From Candidatus Nitrospinota bacterium M3_3B_026 (GTDB lineage Bacteria > Nitrospinota_A > UBA7883 > JBPRGF01), in the NCBI GenBank assembly GCA_051418015.1, contig JBPRGF010000023.1, forward strand, positions 172,127 to 236,126: a stretch of 64,000 nucleotides of DNA. Reading direction: 5' to 3'. The notes beneath the pieces are model-generated. The model saw nothing but the letters and a program-made list of their open reading frames with translations. It searched no databases and had not been told where the DNA came from. The position numbers and the translations under genes were made by a program. Positions 10,569 through 17,762 of this stretch are shown here, one piece after another. How positions within the stretch are numbered: the stretch's first letter is position 1; every line of letters starts with the position of its first letter.

Positions 10569-10755
10569 CTAGGCCATGTTGCGCTGGCTTTTGCGGCGTT
10601 TTTTCAGAGCCTCTTTCTGTTTTCTTTTCCTCTTGGCGGAAGGCTTTTCGTAAGCCCGCCTTTTCTTGAGCTCTTTCCATAGGCCGTCTTTCAGAAGCTG
10701 CCTCTTAAGCACCTTCAAGGCGTGATCCACGCGCTGATTGATGACTCTAACCTGC
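10569..10755 (-). CDS. rpsU: 30S ribosomal protein S21
   Basis: S21-like basic sequence (QVRVINQRVDHALKVLKRQ...KRRAYEKPSAKRKRK). The likely start is TTG at 10755, preceded by an AGGGGAG RBS. The ATG at 10811 adds a non-conserved extension. Confidence 0.7.
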
Positions 10756-10842
10756 AAAAATAATCTCCCCTTTCGTCTTTCTCTTCCGGCGCCGGCCGGA
10801 GCCCGCGCCATGGTCCACGATAAAAATCCTCGCCCTCAAAAT

Positions 10843-10870
10843 AAAAAATCGCCGCGCCCCGGCGGCGTTT
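10843..10870. terminator. GC hairpin flanked by an A-run and a T-run (bidirectional terminator candidate)
   Basis: Stem CGCCGC/GCGGCG with a 6-nt loop. On the minus strand it is followed by UUUUUU, downstream of the 11015..12379 gene. Confidence 0.4.
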
Positions 10871-11014
10871 ATCGCTTGTTTTACTTTTTCCGCGAGGTGA
10901 CGGACGGAATATGTAAAACATGTCCCGTCACACAGTTATACATTCTTATATCATCTATGGCGATAAAATCAAGTTTTTTCAGCGGGGGTTCCGGGCAAGG
11001 ATGCGTGAGAATCC

Positions 11015-12379
11015 TCAGTCGCCGTATTGTATGGATCGCAGCCTTGATCTGACATCCGCGGGCAGGCGCGCCTCGTTTTTCAGCAGGGCGGGGGTGAGCT
11101 TTCCCTTCAGGAAAACGTCCAGTCTGCTCTCGGGGAACCCGAGGGCGCTCATGTAATCCTCGAAATAGGCCGACTCCGGCTCCTGCTCATCCTCCAGCAG
11201 CGCCCCATGGCAGAGGCCGGACACGTGCAGCGCGGCAAGCCCCGGCAGCGCGTCCTTCGGGATTTTCGCCGCCGGGAGGTAAAAGGGAAGGTTCTGAAGC
11301 TCCACCACACTGCCGACCCTCTCCGGCAGCTTCCAGCTTTTCAGCAGGGCTCCGGCGAGCCTGGCGTGGTCAAGGGTGTCGATCAGCTCGGCTATCTTGG
11401 GGTTTTTCCGTTTGAGCAGCAGGATTACGCTTCTCCCCACGTCGCTTAGCATCGCGATGGTGCTGTTCGTCCCGGCGGTCTCCCGGCTCGAAAGCAGGGA
11501 GACCTCGTGGGAGATGACGGAGAGCATGTAGGAGCGCTTCCTCAAGGCGGCGAAGTCCTCCCCCCTGGGCATCAGGTCGTGTATGCCGTGGTAAAGAACG
11601 AGCTGGTAAACCTGCGTGAAGCCGAGGAGCACTATCGCCCGGGAAAAGTCCGACACCTCCTGGGAGAGGCCGAAGTAGGGCGAGTTCACGGTCTTGAGGA
11701 TCATGGTGACAAGCGACGGGTCGAGCTTGACGGACTCGGCCACATCCTTCGGCGACGCGCGCTCGTCCAAAAGCTTCACGGCCAGCTCCCTTGCGCTCAA
11801 GGGGAGCTTGGGGATATTTTTGATGACTTCCGATACGAGCTCGGAGCGGATCACGTTCCCCCCGGTCTCCTCTTTCTCCCGGATGTAGGCCGAGAGCATG
11901 TTCTCCGCCCGCTCGACCCTGTGGAGGACGCCGAGCAGGCTTTCCATTCGCTCCTCGGCCAGCTCGGCAAGGCGCCTGAGCACGCGCAGCTGCACTCGTT
12001 CCGGGAAGTTGTCGAAAGCCTCGGGGGTGAACTCGAGGAGCGCCGACCGCCTGTTCGCGACGACGGTGGCCGTCCTCGGATTTTTGCTTATGAAGGCGAT
12101 CTCCCCCACGACATCGCCCTTGGACAGGGCGCCAAGCTTCCTGCGCGCGCCGTTGAAATCCTTGTGAACGTCCGCGCCGCCCTCGACGATGAGGTAGAAA
12201 GACCGTCTGGGATCCCCTTGTCTTATGATGAGGTCGCCGGAGGAATATTTACGCTCCGAGGCGGCCGAGTATACAAGCTCCAGGTCCCTGTCGCTCAGGC
12301 GTTCGAAGATAGGGGGGCGGAAAAGCTTTTCGGGGGTTTCATCCCCGGAGGCGTTTCTGGTTCTTGAGAAAATGGCCAT
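11015..12379 (-). CDS. cyclic nucleotide-binding domain + HDOD domain signalling protein
   Basis: 454 aa. N-terminal cNMP-binding fold (GDLIIRQGDP...FYLIVEGGADV...GEIAFI). C-terminal HDOD-like region. Confidence 0.7.
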   Translation of the reverse strand: MAIFSRTRNASGDETPEKLFRPPIFERLSDRDLELVYSAASERKYSSGDLIIRQGDPRRSFYLIVEGGADVHKDFNGARRKLGALSKGDVVGEIAFISKNPRTATVVANRRSALLEFTPEAFDNFPERVQLRVLRRLAELAEERMESLLGVLHRVERAENMLSAYIREKEETGGNVIRSELVSEVIKNIPKLPLSARELAVKLLDERASPKDVAESVKLDPSLVTMILKTVNSPYFGLSQEVSDFSRAIVLLGFTQVYQLVLYHGIHDLMPRGEDFAALRKRSYMLSVISHEVSLLSSRETAGTNSTIAMLSDVGRSVILLLKRKNPKIAELIDTLDHARLAGALLKSWKLPERVGSVVELQNLPFYLPAAKIPKDALPGLAALHVSGLCHGALLEDEQEPESAYFEDYMSALGFPESRLDVFLKGKLTPALLKNEARLPADVRSRLRSIQYGD

Positions 12380-12442
12380 GTATCTTGCGGGCCCCGCGCT
12401 TTTTCGTGAATCTTATCACAGAATCATAAAAAACTTCCCTTT

Positions 12443-13903
12443 TCAGCCGCCGTGAGACTCTTTCGCCAGGGCCCCGTTTATCATATTGAAAAGTTTTTCC
12501 TCCACTTGCCCCAGGGCCGACAGGGCGAACTCCTTTTTGAAGGCCTCCAATGGCACGACAGCCTTCGCCATGGACTGGTGCCCCCCCGCGCCTCCAAGCC
12601 TTGAGAAAAGCTCCGTGGCGACGTCACCCGCCCACAGGCCCGACGACGACATGTTCCGCATGGAGACGACGATGTTCCCCTCGTACACGCCCCCCACCGC
12701 CGTCCAGGAGCCCTCGCCTATCTGCAGGGAGAAGTCCGCCAGCCTGGGGATGATGTCCTCCTTTTCGATCTCGCCAAGCCACATGAACACAAGCTCCCCC
12801 TTCTCGCGCCTGTTGTTTATGGCCCGGACGAAATATGAAAGCTCCTTCGGGTCCAGCCTGGGCCGGGACATGCTGGAGAGAAGATGCGTGTTCCCGATAG
12901 GCCACAGCGCCGTGAAAGCCTCGAAATCCCGCCGGGAGGTGTCGCGGGCAAGGGTCATGGTGTCGCTTATTATCCCGTAGAGCAGCGCCGTGGCCAGCCG
13001 TTGCGTGATGGGCGTCCCCGCGGCGGCGAGATACTCGTACAGCATGGTGGAGGTGGCGCCGTAGGAGACATCGACGTCCTTGAACGCGGCGTCGTATTCA
13101 ACGGGGTACGGATGATGGTCCATCACCGCGTCGACACGGCCGAAAAGCCCCTCCTCGAAATAGGGCGGCTGAACGTCCACCATCACGACCCTGTCGAAAC
13201 CCGCCACATCCTTCCGCGAGATGCGCCGCACCCCGGTCCGCAAAAGACGGACCATCGCCTGGTTCTCCTTCCTGGCCACCTCCCCCAGCGAGCATATCGG
13301 GGCGCCCTCGCCGTCTCTGCCCAGGAGCGCCTGAGTGGCCATGCCGCAGGCTATCGCGTCGGGGTCCGGGTCGTTCTGGGTCATGATGAGCACCCTGTCC
13401 GCGCCGGAGAGGACTTTGAGAAGCCTGTGGACTTTCTGGCGGGTGTTTATCATGCTCCACTCGCCGGAAAGGCTTTTCTTGACCAGTTCCACGATGTTCA
13501 CCACAGAGACGTTGGCCAGCTTCTTAAAACGCGCGGGCTCCCCCTGGCTCGTCAGGGCCAGTATGGAGGGGGGGGCGGCGCGGGAGGAGAGAAACTCGAC
13601 AAGCCGCGAAAAGGACGAAAGGTCATCGGCGGCCAGCACCACCCTGTCCGACGAGGTTATGTCGAGCTTCGACACCTCGTCCAGGTAGAACTCGTTCCAC
13701 TCGAAAAGACGGCCGGGGAAGACCGGCGCCTGGCCGCTTTGAAGGGGGCCGATCTTGACCACTATCATGTCGTCGGGTCTTTCCGCCAGGCCGGATATCA
13801 CCGACAGGAGGTCATACCTGTACAGGAAAACAAAATATCTCATCTGAAAATTATAGACCATGCGCCCCAGGCGCGGGAGTCCTGGAGAACCCCCGAGCCC
13901 CAT
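12443..13903 (-). CDS. DHH-family phosphoesterase (NrnA/GdpP-like) with N-terminal extension
   Basis: DHH motifs are present (IMTQNDPDPDAIACG, MVDVQPPYF, VMDHHPYP) plus a DHHA1-like C-terminus (GGAGGHQSMAKA). Confidence 0.7.
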   Translation of the reverse strand: MGLGGSPGLPRLGRMVYNFQMRYFVFLYRYDLLSVISGLAERPDDMIVVKIGPLQSGQAPVFPGRLFEWNEFYLDEVSKLDITSSDRVVLAADDLSSFSRLVEFLSSRAAPPSILALTSQGEPARFKKLANVSVVNIVELVKKSLSGEWSMINTRQKVHRLLKVLSGADRVLIMTQNDPDPDAIACGMATQALLGRDGEGAPICSLGEVARKENQAMVRLLRTGVRRISRKDVAGFDRVVMVDVQPPYFEEGLFGRVDAVMDHHPYPVEYDAAFKDVDVSYGATSTMLYEYLAAAGTPITQRLATALLYGIISDTMTLARDTSRRDFEAFTALWPIGNTHLLSSMSRPRLDPKELSYFVRAINNRREKGELVFMWLGEIEKEDIIPRLADFSLQIGEGSWTAVGGVYEGNIVVSMRNMSSSGLWAGDVATELFSRLGGAGGHQSMAKAVVPLEAFKKEFALSALGQVEEKLFNMINGALAKESHGG

Positions 13904-13990
13904 CCTCGGCCGGTTTGGGCGAACGGGCTTGTTATCGTCTTCTTAAAGTCGTATCTTTATCTATTCGGGTGTTTAGCTCAGGCAAGGAAG

Positions 13991-14641
13991 ATGATAGACC
14001 TGCACACGCACACGCTCTTTTCCGACGGGGAGCTTCTTCCCTCGGAGCTTTTGAGGCGGGCCGAGACGGCCGGGTACCGCGCCATAGCCTTCACCGACCA
14101 CGTGGACGCCTCCAACTATGACTTCACGGCTCCGAGGATCGCCCGGGCCTGCGATGAACTGGCCGGGGGCCCCGTGACCGCCCTGCCGGGGGTGGAGATC
14201 ACCCATGTCCCGCCGGACAGGATAGGCGATCTCGTGAAAAGCTGCAGGGAGGCCGGGGCGAGGATCATAGTCGTCCACGGGGAATCGATCGTGGAGCCCG
14301 TGGCCCCGGGCACGAACAGGGCCGCCATCGAGGCGGGAGTGGACATACTCGCCCATCCGGGCCTCATAACCGGAGAGGACGCGGCGCTGGCGGCGGAAAT
14401 GGGCGTCCTGCTGGAGATAAGCGGCCGGGGAGGGCACAGCTTCACCAACGGCCACGTGGCCGCCACGGCGCGTAAGGCCGGGGCCGGACTGGTTTTCAAC
14501 ACCGACGCACACAGGATCGGCGACCTGATGGACGCCGAGATGGCCTTCAAGGTGGCCCTGGGCGCGGGGATGAGCGAAGGCGAGGTTGAAAGGATGTTCG
14601 AGGCGGCCATGGAGCTTGTCCGGAAGGCCGGGCGCGGATGA
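13991..14641 (+). CDS. PHP-domain (histidinol phosphatase-like) metal-dependent phosphoesterase
   Basis: MIDLHTHTLFSDG is the PHP motif I. Only the C-terminal 216 aa of the 12884..14641 ORF call are real. Upstream it is antisense to the DHH gene. Confidence 0.7.
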   Translation: MIDLHTHTLFSDGELLPSELLRRAETAGYRAIAFTDHVDASNYDFTAPRIARACDELAGGPVTALPGVEITHVPPDRIGDLVKSCREAGARIIVVHGESIVEPVAPGTNRAAIEAGVDILAHPGLITGEDAALAAEMGVLLEISGRGGHSFTNGHVAATARKAGAGLVFNTDAHRIGDLMDAEMAFKVALGAGMSEGEVERMFEAAMELVRKAGRG

Positions 14642-14929
14642 CGCGCCGCTTGCCATCATGGCCGGTTCTCTAATATCCTTGGTACCTTCCCGGTATTGAT
14701 AAGGAGACCTTTTCATAACTCGAAGGATAAGGCGCCGCCGGATATTTTCTCCCCCTGCCAGAGGGGGAGTGGCGCGGTCTTCCGCGGCGAGGGGATGGGA
14801 GTCAGATAAAATATACCCCCTCCCGCCTTACGGTGTCCTCCCCCTTGTGAAGGGGGAGGAAAAAATCGGAGAAGCGCGGTCATTAGGGTGATGCAAGGAT
14901 ATCATTGATAAGGAGAATAATTTTTTCAA

Positions 14930-15718
14930 ATGGGCCGCTATAAAAAGACAGCGAAGAAAAAAACAGGAGCGAAAGAGCCTTCATACGCCGACTCTTCCGT
15001 GACGGCGATGGAATGGGCTCGCGACAACATAGAGAAAGTCCTCGCCATTGCGGGCGTTCTGGTCCTCGCCGCCGCGGGCGTCTCCGGGCTTTTGTACTAC
15101 CGCCACGCCAGCGCGGAACGTGAATACACCACGCTTTACGAGGCCGTGGCCCCCGCTGCGGGCGAAGACGCGGGGGATGCCGCCCTGGACGATGGCCTCT
15201 CCAGCCTCCGGAAATTCCTTGAAAAAGATGTCTCGAAGGGCGTGGAGGCGCAGGCCAGGTTCTGGCTCGGTGATTTCCTGATCCGCAAGGATATGCCCGA
15301 AAAAGCGGCCTCCGAATACGACAGGATGGCGAAGATCACGGAAAGGGGGACCCTTTTCCATGAGCTTGCCCTCGCCAGAAGGGCGGACGCGCTCTGGAGG
15401 GCCGGAGACCCCGCCGCCGCCGCGGAGACGCTGCGGAAGCTTTACGAGTCGGCGGAGCATTACCCGCGTTCGACGGCTCTTTACAACCTGGCCCTGGCCC
15501 TCGCCGCGGCCAACGACAAGGACGAAGCCGCCGACACCATAAACAGGCTCATCGCGGATCACCCCTCTTTTCAATCCTCGGATTTTCTCGAGGCCACGAT
15601 CAGAAGGATCAGGTCCGGCGCCCTCGCCGCCCGTGGGCCCTCGGACGGGAAGATCGAGTCTGAAAAACCGGAGGCCATGCCCGTCGGCGCTTCCGATGTC
15701 CATGGCGGCGCGGGCTGA
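14930..15718 (+). CDS. TPR-like membrane-anchored protein
   Basis: 262 aa. Basic N-terminus, then a TM helix, then helical repeats. Confidence 0.5.
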   Translation: MGRYKKTAKKKTGAKEPSYADSSVTAMEWARDNIEKVLAIAGVLVLAAAGVSGLLYYRHASAEREYTTLYEAVAPAAGEDAGDAALDDGLSSLRKFLEKDVSKGVEAQARFWLGDFLIRKDMPEKAASEYDRMAKITERGTLFHELALARRADALWRAGDPAAAAETLRKLYESAEHYPRSTALYNLALALAAANDKDEAADTINRLIADHPSFQSSDFLEATIRRIRSGALAARGPSDGKIESEKPEAMPVGASDVHGGAG

Positions 15719-15763
15719 AGCCTTCGGCGTTCCGGCCCGCCGCCCGGAGTTGGAGGCCATTGA

Positions 15764-16465
15764 ATGACTCCCCACTGGTTCGACGTCTTTGTCGCCCTGT
15801 TTCTGCTGGCCTCGGCGGTCTGGTCATACTTCCGCGGGTTCATAAAGGAGGTCTTCTCCATAGCCTCCATCGCCGCGGGAGTGTTCGCCGGCTCCATGTA
15901 CCACGAGAAAGCGGCGCCCTGGTTTGAAATCATCACAGGCGATGAGTTCTACCGGAGACTCGCGGCGTTCGTCACGCTCTTCGTTCTCGCCGCCGCGGCG
16001 GTCGCGTTCATCGGGAGCCTGATACGGCGCGTCCTCCATGTCTCCTGGGCGATAAACTTCGCCGACAGCGTGGCCGGCGTCTTCCTCGGCGTTTTGAAAG
16101 GCTTTCTTATCCTTGTTATCATCACGCTTCCGCTGGCGCTCGCGCCCACGCTGAACAAGGAGGTTGTGAGAGGCTCCAGGAGCGCGCCGCTCCTGGCCGA
16201 AGCGGGGAGGCGGATCATCGAGATCACCGCGCCGGGCCTCGCGCCGGAGGCCCGCAAGTCCGAGAAATCCGACCCGGACACTGCGGCCGTGAAGCGCTAC
16301 ATGGAGGCGCTGAAAGAGAAGGCCGCGGTCATCGGGGGAAAGCTCGGTCTCGATGACAAAAAGAGCGGACGCGGGGACAAGATAACGGAAGAGGATAAAA
16401 AAGAGCTGGACAAGCTCATAGAGAGACTGAACAAAAACGCGGACAGCGAAACAGGGAGAGAGTAG
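15764..16465 (+). CDS. cvpA: CvpA family membrane protein
   Basis: N-terminal MxxxDxxxxxxLxxSAxxxYxRGF signature. Four TM helices. Confidence 0.75.
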   Translation: MTPHWFDVFVALFLLASAVWSYFRGFIKEVFSIASIAAGVFAGSMYHEKAAPWFEIITGDEFYRRLAAFVTLFVLAAAAVAFIGSLIRRVLHVSWAINFADSVAGVFLGVLKGFLILVIITLPLALAPTLNKEVVRGSRSAPLLAEAGRRIIEITAPGLAPEARKSEKSDPDTAAVKRYMEALKEKAAVIGGKLGLDDKKSGRGDKITEEDKKELDKLIERLNKNADSETGRE

Positions 16466-16468
16466 CCG

Positions 16469-17512
16469 ATGTTCAAGACCGTGGAATGGAAAGGCGATAA
16501 AGTCCGGCTCATAGACCAGCGCAAGCTGCCGCTGGAGGAGACCTATATCGACCTCGAGACGAGCGGCGAGGCGGCGGCGGCGATAAAAGACATGGCCGTC
16601 CGCGGCGCCCCGGCCATCGGCGTCACCGCCGCCATGGGCGCGGCGCTGGCGGCGAAGTCGATAAACGCCCCGGACGCCGACGGCTTCATGGCCGAGTTCG
16701 AAAAAGCGCTCGAAACCCTCGCCGCGTCGCGCCCCACGGCGGTGAACCTTTTCTGGGCGGTGGAGAGGATGCGCGCGAGAGCGCTGGCGGAAAAACCGAA
16801 CGGCGTCGAGGCGGTCAAAACGGCGCTGGAGGAGGAGGCGCTGCGGATATACCGCGAGGACCTTGCCATAAACAGGACGATGGGGGAGAACGGCGCCGCG
16901 CTGCTGGACGACGGCGATACCGTCCTGACCCATTGCAACGCCGGGGCGCTGGCGACGGCGGGCGATTACGGCACGGCCCTCGGCGTGATAAAGGCCGCCC
17001 ACCTCGCCGGGAAGAATGTGAAAGTCTTCGCCGACGAGACGCGGCCCTGGCTGCAGGGGGCGAGGCTGACCACCTGGGAGCTGATGAAGGAGGGGATACC
17101 GGTGACCCTGATCTGCGACAACATGGCGGGGAGCCTCATGAAGCGCGGCATGATAAACAAGGTCGTGGTGGGCGCGGACAGGATCGCGGCGAACGGCGAC
17201 GCGGCGAACAAGATAGGGACGTACACCGCCGCCGTCCTGGCGGCGCGGCATGGAGTCCCTTTCTACGTGGCGGCCCCCATGTCCACCATCGATTTCGACA
17301 CGCCGGACGGGGATGGAATACCCATAGAGGAGCGCGACTCCTCGGAGATCACAAAAGTCATGGGCGGCCAGAGGATAGCCCCGGAAGGGGTGGACGTGTA
17401 CAATCCCGCCTTCGACGTGACGCCGAACGAGCTTATCACGGCGATAATCACGGAGAAGGGAGTGGCCAGGCCGCCTTTCACCGAGTCGCTGGAAAAACTG
17501 CGGCGAGGATGA
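16469..17512 (+). CDS. mtnA: S-methyl-5-thioribose-1-phosphate isomerase
   Basis: 347 aa of the eIF-2B/MtnA family ([24 protein letters not shown]). Confidence 0.8.
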   Translation: MFKTVEWKGDKVRLIDQRKLPLEETYIDLETSGEAAAAIKDMAVRGAPAIGVTAAMGAALAAKSINAPDADGFMAEFEKALETLAASRPTAVNLFWAVERMRARALAEKPNGVEAVKTALEEEALRIYREDLAINRTMGENGAALLDDGDTVLTHCNAGALATAGDYGTALGVIKAAHLAGKNVKVFADETRPWLQGARLTTWELMKEGIPVTLICDNMAGSLMKRGMINKVVVGADRIAANGDAANKIGTYTAAVLAARHGVPFYVAAPMSTIDFDTPDGDGIPIEERDSSEITKVMGGQRIAPEGVDVYNPAFDVTPNELITAIITEKGVARPPFTESLEKLRRG

Positions 17513-17587
17513 ACGCAACCGCCAATACGCCGAGACGGCGTCCAACGGCCCCGTTTCGCGCCGGCGCGGCGCAACGTTGACGGCGCA

Positions 17588-17721
17588 GTCCTGAGGCGAA
17601 AGCCCTGATTCCCCTTTCCCGGACGGCAAAGGCAAGGTCCTTCACTTCGCTGACGCTTCGTTCAGGACGCCGGGTTGAAGCGAAGATGCCAGCTTTCTCG
17701 TCCTGAGCAACGCGAAGGGCC
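17588..17721. repeat. short inverted-repeat intergenic element (GTCCTGA...TCAGGAC) plus a partial extra copy
   Basis: GTCCTGAGGCGAAAG...CAAGGTCCTTCAC...CGTTCAGGACGCCGG, then CGTCCTGAGCAACGCGAAGGGCC. It is a homologue of the 49647..49739 element. Confidence 0.6.
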
Positions 17722-17762
17722 TTGGCTTTCAAACCGAAACACCCCGCCCCTTTCCTGTACAA

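Noticed and set aside
12884-14641. 585-aa + strand ORF
   Set aside because: Only the C-terminal 216 aa (from MIDLHTHT at 13991) are a PHP-domain protein. The upstream part is antisense to the DHH phosphoesterase gene.
14846-14870. GC hairpin as a transcription terminator
   Set aside because: No U-tract follows it on either strand. It was kept as a repeat or structure observation instead.
15824-17635. 603-aa minus-strand ORF
   Set aside because: It is antisense to cvpA and mtnA. It is Arg/Gly/Pro-rich junk.
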